Assembly (NCBI GenBank): GCA_029263015.1
Contig: JAJCYI010000184.1
Span: 1,266-65,265, forward strand
Direction: 5' to 3'
From: Saprospiraceae bacterium
Lineage (GTDB): Bacteria > Bacteroidota > Bacteroidia > Chitinophagales > Saprospiraceae
Length of the DNA: 64,000 nucleotides
Shown: in pieces, positions 44,115 through 52,336 of the stretch
Layout of the letters: every line of letters starts with the position of its first letter
Numbering within the stretch: position 1 is the stretch's first letter
The notes under the pieces: model-generated
Seen by the model: the letters and a program-made list of their open reading frames with translations, nothing else
What the model was told of the DNA's origin: nothing
Database searches by the model: none
Made by a program: the position numbers and the translations under genes

Positions 44115-46008
44115 TCGCCCCTTCCTTAATCGCTTCCACTATTTCTGGGTTCAACAAGGTAGATACGTCCCCTAAATTGGATACATCGCCAGAAGCAACT
44201 TTCCGAAGTATGCGCCGCATGATCTTGCCCGAACGGGTCTTTGGCAGTCCAGGGACGACCTGAACCTCGTCGGGTTTGGCAATTGGGCCGATCACTTTAG
44301 CGACCACCTTGCGGATTTCTTTAATAAATGCTTGCTCGTCCGCCACAGATTGGTTGGGTATCACATAAGCATAAATGCCCTGTCCTTTGATTTCATGTGG
44401 AAAGCCGACAACTGCACTTTCCACCACGTTGGGGTGTTCGTTGATCGCATTTTCAACTTCTGCGGTGCCCATGCGGTGCCCTGACACATTGATAACATCG
44501 TCCACCCGACCAATGATGCGGTAGCGGCCATCACCGTCCCGGCGAGCGCCATCGCCTGTGAAATACATGTTTTCAAAAGAAGAAAAATAAACTTGGCGGC
44601 AACGTTCGTGGTCGCCATATGTGGTGCGGATGATTGATGGCCAGGGAAATTTAACACAAAGCAATCCTTCCACGCCGTTGCCCTCCACTTCATTGCCATC
44701 GGCATCCATCAGTACGAGCTGCACGCCTGGCATAGGGTAGGAGGCATAACAGGGTTTGGTATCGGTAATGCCAGGGAGAGGTGTGATAAGAATGCCGCCA
44801 GTTTCGGTCTGCCACCAAGTGTCCACGATGGGGGCATTGCCTTTGCCGACCTTTTCATTGTACCAGTTCCATGCTTCTTCGTTGATCGGTTCGCCCACTG
44901 AACCGATGACTTTCAACGTGCTCAGATCATATTTTTCGACCCATTCGTCGCCTTTTGCCATGAGGGCACGGATGGCGGTAGGGGCAGTATAAAACTGGTT
45001 GACTTTGTGCTTGTCGCAGACTTCCCAAAAGCGTCCCGCATCGGGGTAGGTCGGTATACCTTCGAACATCATCGTTGTTGCTCCGGCAAGTAAAGGCCCA
45101 TACACAATATAACTGTGCCCAGTGATCCAGCCGATGTCAGCGGTACACCAATATACGTCGCCATCCTGGTATTGGAAAACATTGCGGAAGCTGAAACAAG
45201 TGTAAACCATGTAGCCACCACAAGTATGCACCACACCTTTTGGTTTGCCTGTCGAGCCAGAGGTATAAAGGATGAAAAGCATGTCCTCGCTGTCCATTTC
45301 TTCCGCTTCGCAATGGGTCGGTTGGTCGTAAAGTGCCTCGTGCCACCAGACGTCGAGATCCTTGTTCCAAGCAATTTCACCACCCGTATTTTTGTGTGCC
45401 AACACAGTTTTTACACTGTCGCAACCCATTGCCAGGGCATCGTCCACCACCTTCTTTACAGGAATGTTTTTGGCGCCTCGACTATTGTAATCCGAGCAGA
45501 TGACGATGTTACAAGTTGCATCTTTTATGCGGTCGGCCAAGGCAGAGGCAGAGAACCCCGCAAACACCACAGAATGAATGGCGCCGATGCGGGCACACGC
45601 CAGTACACCAATGGCCAGTTCGGTCACCATCGGCATATAAAAACAGACCCGGTCACCTTTCTTGATACCCAGTGATTTCAGGGCATTAGCGGCACGGCAC
45701 ACCTCAGCATGCAATTCTTTATAAGTATAGGAAATGACGTCGTTGGCAGGGTTGTTCGGTTCCCAGAGTATGGCGGTTTGATCCCCTCGTGTTTCGAGGT
45801 GGCGGTCGAGGCAGTTCTCCGTGATGTTGAGTTTGCCGCCTTTGAACCACTTAATGTCAGGCGTTTTGAAGTCCCATTCGAGGGTCTTGTCCCATTGCTT
45901 TTTCCAGGTAAATGTTTCAGCCTGCTCTGCCCAGAATGCTTCGGGGTTTTCCACGCTGTTTTGGTAAGCTTCTTTGTATTGGGCGAGGGTTTTTATTTGA
46001 AGTGTCAT
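44110..46008 (-). CDS. acs: Acetyl-CoA synthetase
   Basis: 632 aa with YTSGSTGKPKGV, YWCTADIGWITGHSY and PKTRSGKIMRR. Confidence 0.97.
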   Translation of the reverse strand: MTLQIKTLAQYKEAYQNSVENPEAFWAEQAETFTWKKQWDKTLEWDFKTPDIKWFKGGKLNITENCLDRHLETRGDQTAILWEPNNPANDVISYTYKELHAEVCRAANALKSLGIKKGDRVCFYMPMVTELAIGVLACARIGAIHSVVFAGFSASALADRIKDATCNIVICSDYNSRGAKNIPVKKVVDDALAMGCDSVKTVLAHKNTGGEIAWNKDLDVWWHEALYDQPTHCEAEEMDSEDMLFILYTSGSTGKPKGVVHTCGGYMVYTCFSFRNVFQYQDGDVYWCTADIGWITGHSYIVYGPLLAGATTMMFEGIPTYPDAGRFWEVCDKHKVNQFYTAPTAIRALMAKGDEWVEKYDLSTLKVIGSVGEPINEEAWNWYNEKVGKGNAPIVDTWWQTETGGILITPLPGITDTKPCYASYPMPGVQLVLMDADGNEVEGNGVEGLLCVKFPWPSIIRTTYGDHERCRQVYFSSFENMYFTGDGARRDGDGRYRIIGRVDDVINVSGHRMGTAEVENAINEHPNVVESAVVGFPHEIKGQGIYAYVIPNQSVADEQAFIKEIRKVVAKVIGPIAKPDEVQVVPGLPKTRSGKIMRRILRKVASGDVSNLGDVSTLLNPEIVEAIKEGAK

Positions 46009-46126
46009 TGATGGTAATTAGTAATTTGTGACTTGTGATCAGTGTATTTCAGTAAGAGGCCAAAAGTAGTTGTTCTTATGGAAAATGGAAATGAACCGCT
46101 CTCGAATTTCACCCAAGAAGCACCCC

Positions 46127-46159
46127 AGAGGTGACACCTTTCTAAAAGGTGTCACCTCT
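46127..46159. repeat. REP-B hairpin AGAGGTGACACCTTT-CTA-AAAGGTGTCACCTCT
   Basis: Perfect 15-bp stem with a 3-nt loop, 3' of the second RayT gene. Confidence 0.9.
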
Positions 46160-46181
46160 TCAACCTATGCGTATCATTCGT

Positions 46182-46859
46182 TTATTCAATAATCAAATCC
46201 TGAATGTCCATCCAATTTTCTGCTTGTTGATGAAACTGTTCAAATGCCAATTTTCCTCCAAACCAGTATAGAACAGTTTGTCTTTCCAATTTCGTTGTTC
46301 CATCAGACAAGATTGTTTGATATGAAGACCAAGGATACATTCTATATGCTGTCTGCAATTTATGTTTCTTGGGATTGGCGTGGATGTAAAAAATCAGCCA
46401 GCGCAAGTGGTTTTCACTTTCTACCGATACGCGTTGGAAAGGACGGTGGAATAAGTTGCCTTTTCTTCCCCATTGTTTGTTTGCCGCCATGGCATAACTA
46501 GTGAAAAACCGTTGGAATTGGCTTGCTAACACTTTGTGCCATGTTCTTAAATCGGGGGATTGGTCAAGCTCTCGTTTTTGCAGAATCGAGCGTTTTCCCA
46601 TAGGCAGTTGAAGCAAGTGTTTTTCAAGTTTTGCAGCATTCTGGACTTTGATTAGAAAGTGAAAGTGAGTGTCCAAAAGGCAATAGGAATAAACAGCCAA
46701 AAAGGGCAAGAGATATTCTTGAAATTTCATCAAAAAATATTGTCTGTTCTCATCGCTTCGATACAATGCCTCTTTGTTATTTGTTCGATTGTAAATGTGG
46801 TAGTATCCGTCAGGTACAAGTTGACATTCGTAGTTGCCCGGATGAGGTATTTTTGTCAT
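46182..46859 (-). CDS. REP-associated tyrosine transposase (RayT), second divergent copy
   Basis: HUH motif in LLDTHFHFL and the Tyr region LIFYIHANPKKH. ATG at 46857-46859 is preferred because the upstream extension crosses a REP-B hairpin. Confidence 0.8.
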   Translation of the reverse strand: MTKIPHPGNYECQLVPDGYYHIYNRTNNKEALYRSDENRQYFLMKFQEYLLPFLAVYSYCLLDTHFHFLIKVQNAAKLEKHLLQLPMGKRSILQKRELDQSPDLRTWHKVLASQFQRFFTSYAMAANKQWGRKGNLFHRPFQRVSVESENHLRWLIFYIHANPKKHKLQTAYRMYPWSSYQTILSDGTTKLERQTVLYWFGGKLAFEQFHQQAENWMDIQDLIIE

Positions 46860-46881
46860 GATTTGGTTTTTTTGGTAATGA

Positions 46882-46914
46882 AGAGGTGACACCTTTTTAA
46901 AAGGTGTCACCTCT
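46882..46914. repeat. REP-B hairpin AGAGGTGACACCTTT-TTA-AAAGGTGTCACCTCT
   Basis: Perfect 15-bp stem with a 3-nt loop, 5' of the second RayT gene. Confidence 0.9.
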
Positions 46915-46925
46915 GGCGTTTTATT

Positions 46926-48653
46926 TCATACTTGCACATCATGTGCCTCCCCCGCATCCCTTGGAATCCTGATATTTTCCACCATTTCCTGCACATCAAC
47001 GGGTGGGGCAGGAGTGAAACGGGAAACCGTCAGCGCCACGGCGAAATTGAACAACATGCCCAAAGTGCCGATGCCTTCGGGGCTGATGCCATACCAATAT
47101 TGTTCAGGTGTGCCGCTGCCATATTTGAAATACCAAATGTAAGCTCCTGTGAAAACCAACCCCGTAATCATGCCGGCCACTGCTCCTTCTTTGTTCATTT
47201 TTTTGGTGAAAATGCCGAGCAAGATAGCCGGAAAAAAAGATGCGGCTGCCAAGCCAAATGCCCAAGCCACCACCTGTGCCACAAAGCCCGGCGGGTTGAT
47301 GCCGAAATAGCCAGCAACGAAAACGGCTACAGCAATAGCAGCCCTTGCTGCTTTTAATTCTCCTTTTTCTGAAATTTTCGGGTGGAGCCATTTTTTCAAA
47401 AGATCGTGGGAAATAGATGTGGAAATGACCAAAAGCAATCCTGCAGCGGTGGACAATGCCGCTGCTAAGCCACCAGCCACCACCAGCGCAATGACCCAAG
47501 CTGGCAATTTTGCGATTTCAGGATTGGCAAGTACCATGATATCGCGGTCAACGGTCAGTTCGTTGCCTTTCCAGCCATTGGTATTTGCGACAGCAGAAAC
47601 ATACTCCTCGTTCTCGTCATTATAATACTGAATGATGCCGTCCCCGTTTTTATCTTCGTATGTCAACAATCCTGTTTTCTCCCAATTGCCGAACCAGGCT
47701 GGCATTTCAGAATAAGGTTTGTTATTGACGGTGTTCACTAGGTTGGTGCGTGCAAAGGCAGCGATGGCTGGTGCTGTGGTATAAAGTATGGCAATGAAGA
47801 CCAGCGCATAACCTGCCGATTTGCGAGCATCTGAAACTTTGGGAACGGTGAAAAACCTGACAATGACATGTGGCAATCCTGCCGTGCCAAGCATCAGGGC
47901 TGCGGTCACAAAAAACAGGTCAACCTTGCCTTGGTGGGAAGTCGTGTATTCATTGAAGCCCAAGTCCACGCACAAAGCATCCAGTTTGGCCAAAAGATAA
48001 GTGCCGTCGGACATCGTACTGCCTAGCCCAAGTTGCGGAATCGGATTGCCAACCATGATGACCGAGATAAAAATAGCTGGGACGAGATAGGCAAATATCA
48101 GCACACAATATTGCACCACCTGCGTATAAGTGATGCCTTTCATCCCTCCCAACACCGCATAAAAGAACACGATGCCAACTCCAATAACAACTCCCCATTC
48201 AAATGGCACTTCGAGAAACCGGGAAAATGCCACGCCCACTCCTTTCATTTGACCGACCACATAAGTAAAAGAAACGAACAAGGCACAAATCACAGCCACC
48301 AATCGGGCAGTTTGGGAATAATATCGCTCGCCGATGAAATCGGGTACGGTGTACTTTCCAAATTTCCTTAAGTAGGGAGCTAATAAGAAGGCCAACAGGA
48401 CATATCCGCCAGTCCAGCCCATCAAATATTGCGCTCCCTGGTAGCCCATGAAAGAGATCAAGCCAGCCATCGAAATGAATGAGGCTGCCGACATCCAATC
48501 AGCCGCGGTGGCCATGCCGTTTATCACAGGTGGGATACCACCTCCCGCAACATAAAATTCTGAGGTAGTCCCTGCCCTCGACCACCAGGCCACGCCGATG
48601 TACAGAGCGAATGTAATTCCGACGATGATATAGGTCCACGTTGTTAGGTCCAT
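46926..48653 (-). CDS. Sodium:solute symporter family protein, ActP-like cation/acetate symporter
   Basis: About 575 aa from ATG 48651-48653 (MDLTTWTYIIVGITF...). Polytopic SSS pattern, paired with a DUF4212 small subunit and next to acs. Confidence 0.85.
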   Translation of the reverse strand: MDLTTWTYIIVGITFALYIGVAWWSRAGTTSEFYVAGGGIPPVINGMATAADWMSAASFISMAGLISFMGYQGAQYLMGWTGGYVLLAFLLAPYLRKFGKYTVPDFIGERYYSQTARLVAVICALFVSFTYVVGQMKGVGVAFSRFLEVPFEWGVVIGVGIVFFYAVLGGMKGITYTQVVQYCVLIFAYLVPAIFISVIMVGNPIPQLGLGSTMSDGTYLLAKLDALCVDLGFNEYTTSHQGKVDLFFVTAALMLGTAGLPHVIVRFFTVPKVSDARKSAGYALVFIAILYTTAPAIAAFARTNLVNTVNNKPYSEMPAWFGNWEKTGLLTYEDKNGDGIIQYYNDENEEYVSAVANTNGWKGNELTVDRDIMVLANPEIAKLPAWVIALVVAGGLAAALSTAAGLLLVISTSISHDLLKKWLHPKISEKGELKAARAAIAVAVFVAGYFGINPPGFVAQVVAWAFGLAAASFFPAILLGIFTKKMNKEGAVAGMITGLVFTGAYIWYFKYGSGTPEQYWYGISPEGIGTLGMLFNFAVALTVSRFTPAPPVDVQEMVENIRIPRDAGEAHDVQV

Positions 48654-48658
48654 ATTCA

Positions 48659-48745
48659 ACGAGTGAATGAGTGAATGAGTGAATGGAGGGATTGTGAACA
48701 GCAATTTCTATTCACTCATTCCTGCATTCACTCCTTCACTCATTT
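48659..48745. repeat. Opposed 8-nt arrays: (GAGTGAAT)x3... and ...ATTCACTC-type units forming an inverted repeat
   Basis: Read directly. Fills the spacer between the DUF4212 stop and the symporter start. Confidence 0.9.
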
Positions 48746-49006
48746 GATTTCCTTCTCCTCCACCCCATATTCCTTATCCAATTTATTCATGAGGAAAATG
48801 TAGATAAAAATAAGTGCTACGAACACATAGATGGCCCCCTGTTGGGCAAACCAAAAACCCAGTTTAAAGCCACCGATCTGAATGCTGTTAAGTTGATCGG
48901 CGAAGAGGATGCCACAGCCGAAAGAGGCAATAAACCAGATTGATAGAAGGATGGCCAGGTAACGGAGGTTCTTTTGCCAATAGGCTCGATGCTGTTTGTT
49001 TGCCAT
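48740..49006 (-). CDS. DUF4212 small membrane subunit of the solute:sodium symporter
   Basis: 88 aa from ATG 49004-49006: MANKQHRAYWQKNLRYLAILLSIWF..., with two TM helices. Confidence 0.8.
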   Translation of the reverse strand: MANKQHRAYWQKNLRYLAILLSIWFIASFGCGILFADQLNSIQIGGFKLGFWFAQQGAIYVFVALIFIYIFLMNKLDKEYGVEEKEIK

Positions 49007-49241
49007 TTTTTTCGATTTGGCGACAAAGTAAAAAATCATTTGAAAATGGAAAGAATTGAGATGGGTTTTATTAAAATGATTACATAACGGACTATCTGAA
49101 CAAGCCTTAATTAATTTGAATGGTTTGAGGCAACGCCTATCCTCCCGCTCTTTCAGCTCAAAGGCGTTACCTCAACTTTGGCTGAATTTCCCCTCCTTTT
49201 GTACCTTCGCCAATCACCAACCAATCACCAGTCAACCACTT

Positions 49242-51431
49242 TTGAAAAAGAAAACCCTTTTCATCACGCCGCCATTTACGCAGTTGAACACGCCCTATCC
49301 GGCCACTGCTTACCTCAAGGGCTTCCTCAATACAAAAGGCTTCCCTTCCCACCAAGTGGATTTGGGCATTGAAGTCATTCTGGGGCTGTTTTCTTCAAAA
49401 GGATTACAATCGTTGTTCGCCGACCTTGAAAACAACGAGACCGAACTTTCCGACAATGCCGAACGCATCATCGCACTACAAGCCGACTACATTGCAACCA
49501 TCGGTCCCGTCATTCTTTTTTTACAAAACAAAAACGCCACACTGGCACACCACATTTGCGACCGCAGTTATTTGCCAGAGGCATCCCGTTTTGCTGCTTT
49601 GGAAGACCTTGATTGGGCATTTGGCACAATGGGCCTCCACGACAAGGCACGCCACCTCGCCACCCTCTACCTCGAAGACCTCGGCGACCTTGTCACAGAG
49701 GCCGTTGACCCACACTTTGGTTTTAGCCGTTATGCTGAGCGGCTGGGCAGTACGGCTTCCCATTTTGATGAAATAAATGAAAATTTGCAATTGCCCAATA
49801 CGCTCGTCTTCAATATTTTATGTGATATTTTAGAACAAAAAATCCAAAGATGGCAACCGGATGTGGTTTGTCTATCGGTGCCATTTCCCGGCAATTTGTT
49901 CAGTGCTTTTAAGTGTGGGCAATATTTGAAAAAAAACCATGCAAATGTCGCCATCGCAATGGGAGGGGGTTATGTAAATACCGAACTCCGCCGCCTTGCC
50001 GACGAGCGGATTTTCGACTACATAGACTATGTCTGTCTCGACGATGGAGAAGCGCCCTTGCTCCACCTTCTTGAATACCTTTCGGACGAGCGACCTGATA
50101 GGCTGCTCAAGCGTACCTTTACGCGCACGGCGGGTGTGGTCAGCTATCACAATACCAGCCCCAAACTCGACATTCCCCAGCAAGAAATAGGCACACCCGA
50201 CTACGCCGACCTCCTCCTGCACGACTACCTCTCCGTCATTGAAATAGTGAACCCCATGCACCGACTTTGGAGCGATGGTCGCTGGAACAAGCTCACCCTC
50301 GCTCACGGCTGCTACTGGGGCAAGTGCAGTTTTTGTGACGTGAGCCTCGACTATATTCAGCGGTACGAACCCGTGACGGCTGCTTTGCTCTGTGACCGCA
50401 TTGAGGCCATCATCGCACAGACCGGACAGCATGGTTTTCACTTCGTAGATGAGGCTGCCCCACCTGCTCTGATGCGTGATCTGGCACTCGAAATCCTGCG
50501 CCGCCGCCTTACCGTTACTTGGTGGACAAACATCCGTTTTGAAAAAAGTTTTACCGCTGATCTCTGCACCTTGCTCAAACTGTCAGGTTGCATAGCGGTG
50601 TCTGGTGGATTGGAAGTAGCCTCCGATCGGCTGCTCAAACAGATGAAAAAAGGAGTAACCGTTTCACAGGTGGCGCAGGTGGCGCACCACTTCACCGAGG
50701 CTGGCATTATGGTACATGCATATCTCATGTACGGCTTTCCCACACAGACGGCTCAGGAGACCATTGATTCCCTGGAGATGGTGCGGCAGCTCTTTGAAAA
50801 TGGCGTGGTACAGTCTGGTTTTTGGCATCGCTTTGCAATGACAGCGCACAGCCCTGTTGGCCTTGACCCCGCAGCTTTTGGTGCGGTGGAAACAGGTCCT
50901 AAATTCGGAGGCTTCGCTGACAACGACCGGCACCACGATGACCCTAAAGGTGCTGATCACGACCTATTTGCCGAAGGGTTGCGCAAGTCGCTGTTCAATT
51001 TTATGCACGGTGTTTGTCTTGATTTTCCGCTGGCGCAATGGTTCAATTTCAAAACGACAAAGCCCTCCGTTCCAAAAGGTTTTATCAAAAAAAGCATCGA
51101 TCATGCTCCCGAAAAATCCCTCCTTCCGAATGCCCTTGTAATATGGACTGGCCCGCTGCCAGTTGCCGCCCTCGTAGAGGATGAATCAGGGCAAGAATCT
51201 GCTGAACTGGTATTTCACCATAAACAACATGAGTGGACGCTGGAAACCACTTCCGGTCTCGGGCAATGGCTCGTGGACCTGCTGCCGATGCTACAAATCG
51301 GCGTCCGTGAGGTGCTGACAATCAAGTCATTAAAAAAGGATTTTGAGGAGGCAGGCATGGGTGGATTTGAAGTCTTTTTGGAATCGGAAGAATGGAGGGG
51401 ATTGCGGGAGAATGGGCTATTGGTGCTGTGA
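49242..51431 (+). CDS. B12-binding-domain radical SAM protein with a long C-terminal extension; probable TTG start
   Basis: N-terminus is KKKTLFITPPFTQLNTPYPATAYLKGFL (B12-binding-like Rossmann start). Cluster motif is GCYWGKCSFCD. The track ORF starts at an arbitrary upstream TTG at 49116. Confidence 0.75.
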   Translation: MKKKTLFITPPFTQLNTPYPATAYLKGFLNTKGFPSHQVDLGIEVILGLFSSKGLQSLFADLENNETELSDNAERIIALQADYIATIGPVILFLQNKNATLAHHICDRSYLPEASRFAALEDLDWAFGTMGLHDKARHLATLYLEDLGDLVTEAVDPHFGFSRYAERLGSTASHFDEINENLQLPNTLVFNILCDILEQKIQRWQPDVVCLSVPFPGNLFSAFKCGQYLKKNHANVAIAMGGGYVNTELRRLADERIFDYIDYVCLDDGEAPLLHLLEYLSDERPDRLLKRTFTRTAGVVSYHNTSPKLDIPQQEIGTPDYADLLLHDYLSVIEIVNPMHRLWSDGRWNKLTLAHGCYWGKCSFCDVSLDYIQRYEPVTAALLCDRIEAIIAQTGQHGFHFVDEAAPPALMRDLALEILRRRLTVTWWTNIRFEKSFTADLCTLLKLSGCIAVSGGLEVASDRLLKQMKKGVTVSQVAQVAHHFTEAGIMVHAYLMYGFPTQTAQETIDSLEMVRQLFENGVVQSGFWHRFAMTAHSPVGLDPAAFGAVETGPKFGGFADNDRHHDDPKGADHDLFAEGLRKSLFNFMHGVCLDFPLAQWFNFKTTKPSVPKGFIKKSIDHAPEKSLLPNALVIWTGPLPVAALVEDESGQESAELVFHHKQHEWTLETTSGLGQWLVDLLPMLQIGVREVLTIKSLKKDFEEAGMGGFEVFLESEEWRGLRENGLLVL

Positions 51432-51534
51432 TGGTTATAGAAGCCAAGTTGAGATTCTGATAGCACCTGCAAGTGATTTGCAGGTTGTTGGCATAACGAT
51501 ATTTCCTTACCTTTGTACAGTAAAAAATCCAGCC

Positions 51535-52047
51535 ATGATGAAAGAAGATGTTTTGACCGAAGATATGACTCAACCTTTTGAAGAGGAGGACTACGTAACA
51601 GAACGCCATAAACCAATGCCTAATAAAATCCACGGAACCCTGCAAGCGCAAATTATTTTTTTATTAAAATCAATTTACGGAAATAAATATAATCCTCCTG
51701 GAGAGGTAACTCTCAAGACCGAGCCTCAAACTTCTACTCCTGACATTTGTATTTATACGAAATCAAAATTGGATATTAGAACAGTCACTGCCAAAGAAGA
51801 GGAAGCCCCCATCACCACCATCGAAATCCAGTCTCCCAGCCAATCCATTGACGAACTGCAAAAAAAGGCGTGGGAACTCTACTTCCCTTTTGGTGTAAAG
51901 TCTGCCTGGATAGTCATCCCAGCACTCAAGGCCGTACAGGTACTCACCAACGACGATCAGCAGTTTTTCTTCAACTCAGGCAAACTGAGCGACCCGATAA
52001 CGGGTATCGAACTTTCCATCGAAAAGATTTTTGAAGATTTGTTGTGA
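51535..52047 (+). CDS. Uma2 family endonuclease (third copy)
   Basis: 170 aa from ATG 51535 with TPDICIY, TTIEIQSPSQ and FGVKSAWIVIP. Confidence 0.75.
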   Translation: MMKEDVLTEDMTQPFEEEDYVTERHKPMPNKIHGTLQAQIIFLLKSIYGNKYNPPGEVTLKTEPQTSTPDICIYTKSKLDIRTVTAKEEEAPITTIEIQSPSQSIDELQKKAWELYFPFGVKSAWIVIPALKAVQVLTNDDQQFFFNSGKLSDPITGIELSIEKIFEDLL

Positions 52048-52120
52048 AAAGGGATTTGACGCAATGGGGCGGATAATGAGGTGAATAGCCAAATTATTTG
52101 CTGATGCAGGGCTGACGTCA

Positions 52121-52188
52121 AAATCAAACATCATGTAATCTGGAATCGTACATCAGAGTTGGATTTAAGATTACATGATGTTTGATTG
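52121..52188. repeat. HP-F hairpin repeat, copy 2
   Basis: AATCAAACATCATGTAATCT ... AGATTACATGATGTTTGATT (20-bp perfect arms). Confidence 0.8.
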
Positions 52189-52224
52189 CTGCGCCGTTGG
52201 ACAACTATCAATTTTTCATACGGA

Positions 52225-52255
52225 GACATTCCAAGTTTCCAAAACTTGGAATGTC
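52225..52255. repeat. Orphan REP-like hairpin GACATTCCAAGTTT-CCA-AAACTTGGAATGTC
   Basis: Perfect 14-bp stem with a 3-nt loop, the same geometry as REP-A. Confidence 0.85.
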
Positions 52256-52336
52256 TAACATCCTAGAAAACCCAAACTTCTGAGTAGATTTAAAATCCCA
52301 TCTTTGCGATTCAATCAACTTAATAATCACTTACCC

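Noticed and set aside
49242-52047. Radical SAM gene as part of a RiPP or natural-product cluster
   Set aside because: No precursor peptide, transporter or tailoring genes are adjacent, and the only neighbour is a Uma2 endonuclease. There is not enough context to claim a cluster.
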